A stretch of DNA of 64,000 nucleotides from Lenisia limosa. Its lineage: Eukaryota > Protista > Breviatea. Below the pieces are notes generated by a model that worked only from the letters and a program-made list of their open reading frames with translations, was not told the DNA's origin and did not search any database. The stretch lies in the NCBI GenBank assembly GCA_001655205.1, contig LPNZ01005888.1, positions 5,635 through 69,634 of the forward strand, written 5' to 3'. Below are positions 24,762 to 38,288 of this stretch, piece after piece. The translations under genes were made by a program, and so were the position numbers. Every line of letters starts with the position of its first letter. Position 1 is the first letter of the stretch.

Positions 24762-26204
24762 ATGACTTACAAGAACCTCCACCCGCTGGAAGATTCCCCT
24801 TTACAAGTTTGACTGCAAAATGAGATCACCTTTGTTATATATCGCTTTCCCCCATCATTCATCTTTTTAGCCTGTCGTGACTCACTCTCCTGGCTGGCTG
24901 AAAACCCTTGTTTCTCTGAATATACTCATTCTTTTGATTTTTTTGGCTGGTAAGTGGTGGTAATTACTGAAACTTGGTGTTTCAATAACAGTTCAGGAGT
25001 TGTTATCACATTTGTGCACCCACCTTGGGACCACGAGGAGCAATGTGCAGGCTTAGAGGACCAAGTGCTTCACCTTCAAGAGCAGATGAGAGAGGCTTCT
25101 GCCCTTTTGAACATGACCACTGATAGTGTGTCATCTTTAAAGAAGACTGTTGTTCAAGACAATTCGGTGCGTTGGAGGGGCAGCATTATGACGGGAGCAT
25201 GGCTGACCTTCCAGCGACCTCAACCCCCTGCGGAGCTATCGTGTGTGCAGCTGCGAGACTGGCTCCGAACACAGTGGTTCGTTGGCCGACATACCTCCTT
25301 GGGATATACTGAGGCAAGGTATGGGTGACTTGTGCGCAACTTTTGATTGTAACTCTTTAGACATCAACTCTACTCCTTCATTGACAATGAGAATAACCAA
25401 GTTTGTTGGGATGATTGAACCTCAACTTTTGCTTTGGTTGTTATTCCCTTAGATTGAAGGTGTTTATTCAGGATACATAAGGAGACTCTCTTTTGGTGAA
25501 GAAAAATGCTGTTCTAATGTAATGCCTATCAATTTGGAACACACTGTTCCCGTATGTTGAAGAGTGTTCGAGTAGGACTGACATTATAGCAATCTTTCTT
25601 TGGCAAAAAAGAACCTATGGTGTCAGATATGTTCCATATGTTTCCTTCATATTCCAAGGCAAATGGAAAGCGCTCAGACCATCCATTTGCAGGTTTGTGA
25701 ACTATTTTTATGACATGCAATGTAGAGATCAGCACTTCCAATGTGACCGTTTACCTCAGTGATGATGACATTGATATCCCTCCTAGTAATGTAACAGAGG
25801 ATGAAAGATGGATGTATAGGTTGGAGTTTGGAGTTACACAGGACAGTTCTCACGAAATAGTGCCTATGATTCCGTTAACAGGGTTTTTGAACCTCGCTAT
25901 GTCCACAAAGGCAATGTGGCTCGCTCAGTTCTCTACTTCTACACTGTCTACCCCGACTATGACGTAGGCTATGAGCTGAGTTTAATTATAACGACTAGAT
26001 TACAGAAGTTGCTGAAGTGGATCTTTTGCTGAGATGGGCACTGATGGACCAAGTCGACTCCAAAGAAAGAACCAGGAACGATTTGATTGAATCCGTGCAA
26101 GGTGGGATATTATTGGGCTCTTTGTTAATTTCTTAGGCAACCGTAACTTCTTTGTTGACTTTCCACAATGGGCAAAGAGGGCTTGGGAGTGTGAAGTTAG
26201 ATGA
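24762..26204 (+). CDS. Type II membrane protein with a C-terminal Endonuclease I (EndA/Dns/Bsn family, His-metal finger) domain
   Basis: Spliced sequence reads INLEHTVPQSFFGKKEPMVSDMFHMFPSYSKANGKRSDHPF, FEPRYVHKGNVARSVLYFY and W..DQVDSKERTRNDLIESVQGNRNFFVDFP. An N-terminal TM segment and a coiled-coil stalk precede it. Confidence 0.85.
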
Positions 26205-26342
26205 CATGTCTATTTTTCACGAAAAATGGCCACCATCTTAAAGAGATAATTATGTTTGCTAATGCAAGAATCCTGATGGTACTGTTTGGTAACCTAAATA
26301 TATTACAGAGAAATGTCAAAATGTGAAAACAGGGTGAAATAA

Positions 26343-29300
26343 TTAGGGGCGAAGGGACTTTCTTGCTTTCTGGAGAATGTCTTTTTGTATTTTGGGATAA
26401 TCAGGATTGTTTTTGAGGACCTATTCCATGAATAAAAGGTTCAAAGTTATTAGCAAGAGCATTATAGACGTACCGTGTGTGCAATATCAATTGCCTCAAC
26501 GTAGCGTTTAGCCTTGAGATAATTGAACGCAAGCTCGTATCCAACTTTAGGATTTCTTTCACCTACAGCATAAAACAATATGAAGAAAGGACTCACCTTG
26601 AAGTACCCAAGCCTGTTGATAGTGTTCTGCAGCAGTCTGATATGTTTGTTCCTTCTCCATCATTCTGCCGAGAAGCTCATGAGCCTAAACGGTAAATACG
26701 TCGACACTTCATCTCAAACCTTTCCACAGCTCTTGTTGTGCTCCAGACATTTCTTGCAGAGCTCAGTTGCTTGACTGTACTTACCAGACTAGATTCGTGA
26801 GTAGATACATGCAGAAAAAATACCTGGAAATACACATGCGCAAGGGTAAGCCAGGAGCCTTCAAAAGCATCAGCCTCAATGGCGTTGAACTGAAGTTTGG
26901 CAACTCGCTTCAGCTGGTTACGAGCCTTCGGGGTCTGTTTCAAGAACAAATGCGCAACTGCCAGTGCTAAAGAGTGAACTTCGATGTACTCAATAAATGG
27001 CAAACCAAGGATAGCAGGAACACAGTCCCTCTCCACGGCCAGTAGTCCAACAAGAAGATTGATCGCTAAATAATTAAAAAAAAGGTTCAATAATCCAAAC
27101 CCTTATCGGTAATTTGCTTGTTCCTTTTCAGCATCATAGTATACGCCTCAAGGATTTGAACGCGGACAGTTCTCCTTGTTTGCTGCGGTAAATCCTGTGG
27201 ATGTTGTTGGAAGAGCATTTTTAATCATTAAAGTTCACGTAACTTGGTAACTTTAAGAACCCTCTCGTCACCCCTTACGAAGATGAGCTTCTCAGCTTGC
27301 CTCAAAGAGTTCAATGACGTCTCCTACAAAATGAGCATCTCTGAGACACATATACTTTGTATATCATAGAGTAGACTCTAGGTTGCTCAAGAGTGGTTTT
27401 AGGCCCATAATCTGTGTATTAATGTATTTGCATGAAATATTGAAGTGTTATGAATGTGGTGTTTTACATGTATATTGATCTGTGCTTTTTAATAAAACCC
27501 TGTATAAAGGAGTGTTGTGGGCGATATTTACAAAAAAATGTGAAAGAGGCGTAAATAAGGAACGTATTGGCTCAAAAAAACTGAAAGCCTCCTTTTTTGT
27601 TCGCGGTTTTAACCATACAGTATATTATAGTAGAGCTATATATTTCAACATTTTAAGTTCAACACTTACATCATCCATTTTTGACTCCCAAAGGTACTCA
27701 TTGTCTGGATTGATGTATACTTCAATCATCTCTAATGTGGCTTTCTCTCCCCATTCGGGGTCTGAAAAGTAAAAATAGGAAAATAACCTATTTTGAGAAG
27801 TATAATTCTTCCCTTCCAACCCTTCCTTGCAATATTGAACTCCTTCACCGCTTTAATAGGGTCCATGGTGAACCTTGCATAAAGACCCTTGCAGAACGCC
27901 AATCCAGCGCTCTGAGCATGTTTCGAGAGGTGGGTCGCCATTTCAAGGAATCGCGGAGCATCAGATAGCTTCCCTTGAAAGTCATTGTGATTTTGGCCTG
28001 AGAAACATACCAGCCTTCTTGAGAAGTATAATTAGGCGATAAAGAGATAAGTAGTGGTCAGGTCGCTTTTCAAGGAGTTGTTGGAAGTGGAACGTGGCCG
28101 CGTCAAACTCGTTTCGCTGGAACTTAATGTCCGCGCTAGACGATCATCAAGAGAACTGTTTTTCCTCACAGCATGATGGCAGCATCCTCGTTTGATGGGT
28201 CGAGACGAAGAAGAACACTACAGTGTTGTTGGCAGCCATCAAAGTCAAGTCTGGAGAGGAACACACGCGCCAATTGCAGAACAGCCTTAGAGGTGAGCTC
28301 TTCAATGGCGAAGGTGAAAACGAACCTTCGCGTTGCCTTCATCCCATTGTAGTGACATTTTGTACATTTCTAAGGCCTTGTCGTGACTTCCGAGTGCCTA
28401 GGCAATTAGAGCAGGCTTTGACATACAGTGTACTTATCTCCAAGGTCGAAACAGATGGAAGCAGCAAGCGAACTTTCAGCTCTCATTTGCTCAGGCTCTT
28501 CCGCCTAGAGGGTGACAAAGTCTGGCCTTGTAGGATTTATCCAGTTATCTCCAACATACCTTGACACGATGTACAACATTAGCTTGAAGGTCGCGGGCGT
28601 CTCCACGTGCTTTCAGTCCATCCGATGCCTTGATTGTTAGTAAGCAAACAGAAGCCCAACTTGGCCATTCGCTTCATGAACACGAGCAAGAAGAAGAAGC
28701 GCTCGAACATCGGCCTTCATTGTGGGAAGAGCTAAAGTGTTAACTGGCAACAAAGAACTTACGATGAGCCTCATCTTGTGCATGGCTGAGAGCTTCATCA
28801 AGAACTGCCTTGGCTCGGTCGACCTGAGCTTGAGTCTTGTCATAAGTATTTCCCACTTTCTTGAGCTTGAGATAGAGGGTTGCAAGTTGCCTCAAGAGAT
28901 CTGGGTTAGTAGGGTCATTGGCAACAGCATCTTCGTGATACTGCACGGCTCGAGAGTAGTCATGAGTAAGGGTCAAAGCTGACCCAATCTACACCATAAG
29001 CCTCAAGATTGTTCTCCAACCTTCAGAGCAAGGGAAGTGTCCTTGGGAGACTTCTTATGCGCCGATTCAAAGACGGTTACTGCTTTTTCGGGCTCATGAA
29101 TTGCCAGATACGCCTCACCTGACCAATAAGCCAACATAAGGTGACCAACCTAGCAGGAGAAGAGCGTGTACAGACGGCTGCGCCTGGACAACTTCCTTGT
29201 AGCACTACGGATGAGACTCTATAATGGACATACCTGAGCATAGAGGGCTTTATTGTGTCTTTTTTCAAGGTAAATGTCTGCCAGCACAGTGTGTGCTAAC

Positions 29301-32300
29301 ACAAAGTGTGGGCGATCTGATGAAATTTCCTGGGGGTGTCAAACGAGTATGATAATAAACAATATACTATAACCTCAAACCTTGAGCATTTTGATAGCCG
29401 AGTCCACGTCTCCTTGCGCCAAATGCAGCTGTGCCTCTGCAACTTCAATTCGGTCGAGGTCAGGGGAACTGGCAAACTCGGACCTTCCATCCTGAAGAGT
29501 CATTGCCGCTTCGGGATATTGGTTGCAAGCGATCTGGCAGCGCGCGAGAGCCAGGAACACTGCCACACGAAGATGGGGTAGAATGATACCAATGGCGCGT
29601 GCTCTTTTCGATGACATGTTAGCTACATGTGTAAGGCTAACTGCCTGATAAAGTGCTACCTTGGCGCTTGACCCCAGGTAACGACATGGCTCCAGTGATG
29701 GTCTTGAGAGCCTCCTCGTTTTCACCGGATTGCGACTGGATTTTCGACTACATGATGAGACCCACCCTTGGAAAGTTCAATAACTTACTTTGATAAGGAA
29801 GTAAGAAGGACTTTCACGAACAGAGAAATTGTGAGACAACCCCCTAAATGGTCAAATCAACCAGCAACTCAAGAGTCCAAAGAAACTGAGGAAGAACACA
29901 CCTATCCAGGCTCTGAGATGCAACTCGATAGTCCCCGCGACTACATGCAATTTCAGCCATCAGTAAATGCCCCTATATGGTAAGTCTCCGCTGAAATTCG
30001 GCTTACATCAGCGACCGTGGGGTTGAGTCGAAGAGCTTGTCGACAAGTAGCTTCGGCAACCTCCGATGAATTCAGGAGGTACTTGGTTCGTGCAAGAGCC
30101 AGAAGTCCGCTGTTTCGTTATAATGGAAAATTAGCTCAATCAACAAAACCCCAAATACTCCAAATGGCCTGGAACATGTTTACAGACGATTTCTAAAAGA
30201 CGCACGGCTCTTCGAAGGGATGGCGGAGGTGGTTGGGCTAAAACGTCAAGGTTTCTTTATGTTCCCGAGTTTTGAATTAGCTTCTGAGCAAGCTTACATT
30301 CACCAAGGGGTTCAGGCGAGCAATGGGAAAGATATTGGCTTGCAATGTTGAGAAGGAAGGGGGGGTCAAAATGGTAGAAGAAGTCAGGTCCAAGGGGAAG
30401 ACCATCAATGATAGTAAGATGGGATTTGATAGCGTCATTGAGAAGCTTGAAGGACCTAGAAACATTAAGATCAAAAGATCACTAGCACAACTAACTTTTC
30501 AAGATCTCCATCACGATGCCACCGGAGAATAGCCGTCAGATATAGAAGCCGGGGCGTTTTACCTGTGGGGTCAATGGGAATGTGGTACAGAAAACATATA
30601 TTTGGATTGATGATTCACTGAAAGGACGGTTTGCATCCCACCCATGGCAGAAAGAGTTTCGTTTAAGAATTCGACTTGCTCCTCAGCATCTTTCCATTGA
30701 CATAATTTGATCTGACACTCCACAGATCCTAAACTGGTGAGCACACAGTTATGATGGAGAAGAAGGAGTTGGCGGCCAGTTATGATGGAGAAGAAGGAGT
30801 TGGCGGCCAACCACAAAGGGCAGACGCTCGACTTTCGTCATGCTCAAGGGAGAGGGAAAATGCTTTTTGAGCTCCAGTGTAGTCAGCTAAAAGGTCAACA
30901 GTGTAAAGACAAATATATGCCCAACCGTTAAGCATCAATTGGAAACCCCATTCCTCGAGAATGTCAGGGTTATTGGGCTCAATCTTTCTTGCTCGGTCAA
31001 TCATAGCTAAGGTCTGTTGTAGTACCCTGAAGCATAAGTATTGGGTAAAAAGACAAACGCTTGGTTTGAAGTAGCAAGTCTTGATATAGATCGGCACATT
31101 GAGAGGAATAGCTTCGCATTTCGTGGCTCAAAACGCTCCATAGCCTGATGTTCGTAACTTTAACCGGGCGAAGATAAAAAAAAACTGTATCCCACTTGTA
31201 AAAGATCAGAACACCGCGTTGCTGCACCTGTAACGGAACCTTCACGCGCCAAAAGATGAACAGTCAGAAGCTTCAACGCTGCCAAGTTGTGTCCGTCCTA
31301 ATCCATCAGCAACATCGGCCAGCTCACCAGTCCCAGTGTGCTCTGTGCTGCTTCCACTGCTCCATCAAAATCATGGGCTGCAGTCAGAAGACGAGCACGC
31401 TCAACATAGCTTCCAGCAAACTCCGGATGATCCACGATAACTACAGGATTAACAACGAATACCGGCAACAAATACATATTCTCCCATGACAGACTTTCAG
31501 CAACAATATTAAGAGCCTGGTTGATTTCACCTCGGTCCTCGAGCCATTTTACGTGTCCTAAGTGTCCCTAAAACGTTGACTCTTCATGACAATGAAACAA
31601 AGAAGAATGCTCTCTTAACTACCTCCCCCCTCCCCAAAAGACCAACTAGTAAATTATCAGTATTGTGTCCAGGAGCTGGGAAAAGAGACCTGGATCTTTC
31701 GGCAAGAATTTGTCTGTATTATGAGTGGAAAGATCTTTACGTTGGCACTGGATCTCTCAACAAACCGTGAAGAAGTCAGGTCAATCCATCCAAGAATGGT
31801 TTTGGCATCACTGTTATCAGGGTTCTCATCAATGACCTTTTGGATGATTCGCCGTCCCAAATCATGACGCCCAACACACCAGTAAAACGCAGCAGCCTGT
31901 ACTGGTAAGACAAACGAAAGAAATAGCCACCTGAGTAAGGCAGTTTTCGGTGGCTTTGCCCTCCTTCTCTGCAATCATTGACTTCAAAGTGTTGATTGCT
32001 TCCTCATCTATTGGTTACTTTTGCACCAACTAAATGTTTCACATACCGACTAAATCTGCCTGTTGATGAGCGTACATCATTGCATGCATACAAGCAACAT
32101 CCACGTCTCTAGTAACATAAAAATCAAATTGCATTTTCAGAAAACCTTCCCCAAAAAAAACGTTGTGGAAACATACCGCTTTGTTCTCAAAATATTGAAT
32201 TCTCTGATTGCATCTTCCCTCAAGTTTTCCATCAACATAGCTGCTGCTTTCCAGAAAGATAACGTACTATCCACACCCTGTCTACTAATGCTGTCCGTGC

Positions 32301-32462
32301 ACAGCATTTGAACATGCCTCCACAAGCCATGGTGCATATAGTAGTACACAATCTGCAAGGGGGTCAGTAACAACAATAAACCACTAAAAAAGAAATTAAA
32401 AACAATAAGCAAAGAGAAGAGCCCAAGAAGCTTACATAGAGCGTTTTACTTGGCCCTCCCAT
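26343..32462 (-). CDS. TTC21B: IFT-A subunit IFT139/TTC21B (TPR protein)
   Basis: N-terminus [45 protein letters not shown], and C-terminus [40 protein letters not shown]-stop. Confidence 0.95.
30747..30809. repeat. Exact 2 x 31-nt tandem duplication inside a TTC21B intron
   Basis: AGTTATGATGGAGAAGAAGGAGTTGGCGGCC x2. Confidence 0.95.
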
Positions 32463-32819
32463 TGTGAAGTGCTTGGGAACTTAGCTTCCTATTTCCCGTA
32501 TTTCCTTCAAACAATCAAATTATTTTATATAGTAGTATTCGGCGTGATGGCGCGTTTTGGGGGTGGTTATAAATACTGCGTCACGTAGACGCGCAAAGAC
32601 TTTGGTGACAAGAATTGGTGGAAACGTGGAAACGATTCATTGGAACATTAGAACATTAGTAGTGGTGCAGGTGGTGTAGTTGTTGAGATATTTGTAGCAA
32701 TTTTTTGATTTAGAGTCCTTATATTCTTATATTTCTAGTAGACAATGTTACTATTTTGGTTGGATTTGCTCTAATACTTTCTAAATCTTGTCGCGATTTC
32801 TTCCTTATTTGAAAAAAGA

Positions 32820-35800
32820 ATGGGGAGGAACAGTGGATTGTCTTTGCAGGAGCGATCTTTGAAAACCAAAAGTATCAACCTTGGAGTTCAAACCGATCTT
32901 CCCTGTGAGCTCCCTTTATTGTCATTAAGAAGAGGGAATCATATTAACCTGTCTCCACCAACTTTGTTCACCCCCATAGCCTGTCATGGTGATGACTGCC
33001 CTCCTCGACCCCAAAGAAACATGATCTCCCCGTTTGGCTCTCTTTCCCTCCCAAAATTTGTATGGGAAGGGGGAGGGGGATTTTTGTGTGATAGTAATGT
33101 AAAATTACAATTTATTTTAATACATCAGCCGAGACAAATTGCCCTTCCAGAAGAGGCTATCGAATCTTTAGAAAGCGATAGAGCGAGCAAACTGAAACGG
33201 TTCAGTGCCTATGGTAAGTGGTCGACTTCAATGAGAGTGCAAAGTTAAGGCTAACCTTTTAGGAGTCGGTCTTGAAACCCTGGCTCACCAGCTCACAAAA
33301 CTTCCAATGTTATCGAGCATTGAACTTCAAAATAATTGCTTGAAAGGGGTAGGACTGGTGGTAGAATAAGAGCATATTTTTGCTTACCAACTATTTAACT
33401 TTGGTAGCCTCTTCCCGACCTATTCTCCAACCCCAACCTTGAGGACCTCACATTGGATGATAATCTCTTTTCCGATTGTGGCGACCTTTTCCCTGTCGAA
33501 AGTCTTGAGTCCATAAAGTCTTGCAAAGTTACGGTAAGGATGTCTGAATACTGCTTGTTCACTTTGAAGGAAATTCGAATGTCAACTTGCTCCCTTTCTC
33601 AAGTCCCTTCTGCTATTGAGAAGGCACAGACATTAGAGTGAGTAACAATCATATGGACATTATTTACTATGTACTCGCAGAATTCTGTTCTTGGGCTTCA
33701 ACCGTCTTCGAGCGCTTCCCGAGTGCAGCGCTTTTGTCAATCTCATCCAACTGGACCTTTCACATAATTTCGTAGGTCCAACAACAGGGTTTCTAATTGA
33801 TTAGATTGGAGAACTTCCCGATTTCATCCCTAGTCTACCGCGACTGATGTGTCTCAATTTATCATATAATCGTCTTACAACTCTTGAAAACAGTAAGTTT
33901 GGAAACAATAAAAGAAAATAGTATTTTTTGAGGTGTTAAATTTTTTAGCGTCATTCACCAACCTCCCTTGTCTCACTACGCTGGACCTGAGCCATAACTC
34001 CATTACGTCTCTCGGACTTTCTCCTTCGGTAATGTTGAAATTGGACCAATGAAGCTGACATTTTAGTCCGGGGTGTTTGTTTTGAAGGCTCTCGCATCCT
34101 TGAATGTTGAGTGCAATTCAATAAGCATGCTTCCACCTGGTATGTTCACTGTTTTTTTTTTGTTTTTTAAGATTAGTAACAATACATCAATAGGGCATCA
34201 CTTCGATCCAAAAACAAAGATTTTCTTAAAATCTTCAGAAAATCTCGATTTCGCTGGCTTTTTCGAAAGCTATAATCGATATAAATAAACATTCCATCAT
34301 GATCCCCCCCCCCAGCTTTGATCCCCTCGGGGGTCGTANNNNNNNNNNNNNNNNNNNNNNNNNNNNNNNNNNNNNNNNNNNNNNNNNNNNNNNNNNNNNN
34401 NNNNNNNNNNNNNNNNNNNNNNNNNNNNNNACATTTCCCTTACTTTTTAACGCCTTACAGGTACGTTTGGGTGATCGAGCGGTNNNNNNNNNNNNNNNNN
34501 NNNNNNNNNNNNNNNNNNNNNNNNNNNNNNNNNNNNNNNNNNNNNNNNNNNNNNNNNNNNNNNNNNNNNNNNNNNNNNNNNNNNNNNNNNNNNNNNNNNN
34601 NNNNNNNNNNNNNNNNNNNNNNNNNNNNNNNNNNNNNNNNNNNNNNNNNNNNNNNNNNNNNNNNNNNNNNNNNNNNNNNNNNNNNNNNNNNNNAGCTAAA
34701 TTTCAAAAGCAATCGTTTAGAGTCCTTCCCTGAATGTTTGTCTCGATTTTCGTATCATCTGTAATGTTTTAGCATTGGTTCAAGCCCCGTCCCTTCGCCA
34801 CCTCGATGTGTCCAATAACAGACTGACCGAAATGCCGAATATGACCCACTTATCCCTTCTCACCCTGAAAGTTTGTTATTGTCTCTCTCATTTATTTTCC
34901 AGGTGGCTGCAAATCGCCTCACCACACAACCTCTCTTTACTGCTGCTGACATGGGAAGCACTATCAATCTTTCTCACAATCCTTATTCCGAGCCAAACAG
35001 GGAGCTTTCTTCATTTATTTCCAACGTTGCCCATATTCGTAGTCTCAACTTGGCTGGCACGGGGCTGAGGTGAGCAGTGTATTTCCAAATTATATTAACC
35101 CTGTATTGCTCTTCTTTGTATCACATCTTTAGTAAAACTGAATATCTTGGCTTTGACAACTTGGACATGCTGAAGTCCTTGGATGTGTCGGTCAATCCCT
35201 TGGAAGAATTGTGCAGTGGTATTGACGTCGGTTATATCAATGCTTCAGCAACAAATCTCTCAGAAGATGGGGGTATGACGTATAAGTGCATCACTGACTC
35301 TTTAGCGATTACAACTTTGAGGAATAGCCAAGACCTTGACATCTTTATTTTCAGTAAGCACAGTTCCTCACCTTTTGTCTTCATTCTTTTCTTCAATAAT
35401 CACCTTAGACCGTACGCCTGCATGTACCTCTAAAAGTGTCATGGCAACTCTGGTAAGTGATCTTGTCTTCTTTTCCTGGTGTTTTTCTAAACAATCTAGG
35501 CCGAGTCCTTCTGTAACGGCGAGTCTGAGGAATGTCTCCCTGAAAATAGTGATGATAGTGAGGTTGAGGTAGGCAAGTTACAGGATTTTATCGGATGTTA
35601 GTGTTTTTTGCGATTTTTAATCAGTACCAGATTTGCCACGTGGGAACTATTGGGCCTCGACCAACTATGGAAGACGCGCACTGTTCATTTGTTTTGGAGT
35701 TAGTGGTGAAAGATCTTGCTGAGGTGCTGTTACTGGCTTTCGCTTTTATTATTTCACATTACGCCCATTATTCCTTCGTCCCTCATCCCTCAGACTCGAA

Positions 35801-36860
35801 GACCAAGAAGTAACTTTCCTTGGACTCTTTGATGGACATGGCGGGACTCTAACTGCGTATGGGATGAATTTCTTCCTTTGCCTCTTCTAACTATGCAGGA
35901 CAAGAGCGGCAGCGTGTTGTGAAGAGCTTCTTGAAGAGGCTTTTGAGTCCATTGAGGATGGTTTGTCGATTTCTTTTTATATCTCAATTCTCATTGCTTA
36001 GATCGCACACTTTACTCTTTAGATGTTTCGAGTGTTCTTCAATCCTTTGTTGCATCCCTTTCCGATCACATTGATGAGATCCTTCGTTCCCCGTTGTGAG
36101 CTATTTATTTAATTAAGAGTTATAAAATTTTCCGCTCCACCGTTCTTTAATAGCTGATTGTACTTTCTTTTTTCAAACCACGATCTGACCACCCAGGGAA
36201 GATCCGCGAGAAAGGAGATCTGGTGCGACCATGGTTGCCGCCGTCATCATGCAAGACTTCATCTATACAATCAACATTGGTAAGTTGACTTGGATTGAGA
36301 CTCATCTTCAGGTGACAGTAGGGCAGTGTTGATTGAGGATGGAACGTACAAACAATTGACGACCGACCACAAGCCAACTCTGGAATCCGAGAAAATTCGA
36401 ATCCATGCTAGTGGCGGCTATGTCAGTAACGGCCGTCTCAATGGCTCACTTGCTCTTGCCAGGTTTGCGTTTTTGTCTCACCATTTTTATTTTATTTTTA
36501 TCATTTCTTTGTCCTCTCATTTTCGTTGGACATTGTTGATACTGTAGAGCCCTTGGCGACCTGACATTGCACCCAGTCGTGAGCTGTGAACCGGACATTG
36601 TCAAGTGGGAGAAGCCGCAATGCGGAACTGTCATCCTCGCCTGTGATGGGTAGGCTTCTGGCTGGTCTTATTGCTTTAGTGTTTGGGACGAAGTGAGCAC
36701 TGATCAAGCCGGACGGTTAGTCGAACAAAACCGTGACTCACCTACCTTTGGAGCTGGAGAGGTTGGCTCAATCCTTTATTTTATTATCTAGCTTGTGGAC
36801 CTTGCCCTGGCCCTTGGCTCAATGGACAATATTTCAGCAACTATCGCTACTTGGGGTTGA
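32820..36860 (+). CDS. LRR-repeat + PP2C phosphatase (PHLPP-like architecture)
   Basis: Multiple LxxLxLxxNxL repeats, followed by RPTMEDAH, GLFDGHGG, SGAT, GDSRAV, LTTDHKP, LALARALGD, VILACDGL and GSMDNIS. First exons are uncertain and there are gaps inside. Confidence 0.9.
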
Positions 36861-36949
36861 GGCTTTTTGATACTATTTAATTACTGCAACATTTATTCTT
36901 GTTTCTTGATCCAGAGTTTGTACCCACATTAAATATGTATTACACCGGT

Positions 36950-38153
36950 TTAATTGGTGATAGTGAAGGCATGTTGAGCCTGGGCGTAGATGTAAGAGTG
37001 CTTGTGCTTGCCAGAGCAATCACCAGAGCAGATCTTGAAAAGAGCCTTGTAGTCTCCAGCAGAGAGCTGGTCCTTGGGGCCACCAAACTTGAGGTCAAGC
37101 TTGTACTGCAATAATTAGCCAGGAAGTAAACAGGATGACAGTGAATGATTGCTGCTCACTTGTCCGGGCTGGAGAGGAAGCTCAATGCGCTCAAGGCCAA
37201 AGGGTTGGATACCATGGCCCTGGTGAATAAAAATAAAAATCATACAAGGCGGATAGAGAGCGGTTAAATCCCAACATACGAAGATAACAAACTCGATGAT
37301 GCCAGTGGAAGTCTCGTTCTTAACAGTGAACAGGGCATCCATGTGGACCTCATCCTCTAGATACATGTCAAAAATAATAGCGTTAAGGCGGGGAAAGGAC
37401 CAAAGGGAGGGGGGCTTACTGATTGTTGGCTGGGCAGGAGAAATTTCAATTTCATCGACAACAACTTCTCCACCTTCGACGAGAGGGCAGAAGTTCCAGT
37501 CCATACAAATTTCGATTGGGTCGGGGCTGAAATCGGTAAGCTTAGATTTGGCAAATTTCCTCGCATAAGGGATTTAAACAAACAACCTACTCTATTTGAG
37601 AGATAAGGCGTCCGAATTCCTTCATTCCAACCTGAAAAATGAGTGAAGGAAAAGCCGAAACACGTGTCATTCACATTCCATTCCTAAAGCATACAACATC
37701 GCAGAGGAGAGAGCAAATTTGGCCTTCAAGGGGGTTGGGGAGGAGAGAGCCTAAACAATTTGTAAAATTTTCAGGAAAACGAGATTTTCCAAGTCCCAAT
37801 TCTGCCCAGCTTACAAACAATTCCGCAAGATGAGAGCACTCCGACCTAAAGGGATGAAAATGATATTTCAAATACCACTTACTTCCTCCGAGTCCCAACA
37901 AACCTGCTCAATAATTTGGGCAAGATCATTACAAGCACGGCTCATGAAAGAACTACAGAGAAGTAAGAAAAGCTCGGAACATATTAACAGATCTCACAAA
38001 ACTCAGAAAACTAAAAATAATTGAAGCCCCGACATACGCGCAAAGAGGACAGTCTCTCTTGTAGTCCTTGCCAACTTTAGTGAGGTCAGACTCAATTTGG
38101 ATGGCATTGGCAAAAGCCAAAATAAGGAGAAGAGCAAATATTTTGTTAAACAT
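36950..38153 (-). CDS. Secreted countin-like saposin-B-domain protein
   Basis: Signal peptide, then CPLCASFMSRACNDLAQIIEQVGVLSSCGIVCSLLPNPLEGQICSLLCDVVGMKEFGRLISQIDPDPIEICMDWNFC, followed by a beta-rich C-terminal domain ending KICSGDCSGKH..FTITN. Confidence 0.8.
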
Positions 38154-38288
38154 CTTGAACTACAGGTGTTTTTTTGAGAAAAATAGTTTTTCCTTGAAAA
38201 AGCACTTCCACGTGATTACTTCCGATAGTCTTCCGATATTAAATTTTGCTTTGCCAACCACCACGTACCAAAGGGCCAAAGGTTCCAA

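Noticed and set aside
16974-32462. Stop-codon reassignment or polyadenylation-created stop codons
   Set aside because: Conserved exons of IleRS, CK1 and TTC21B contain no in-frame stops, and they end at ordinary genomic TAA codons at the expected positions. TGA and TAG stops are also used elsewhere.
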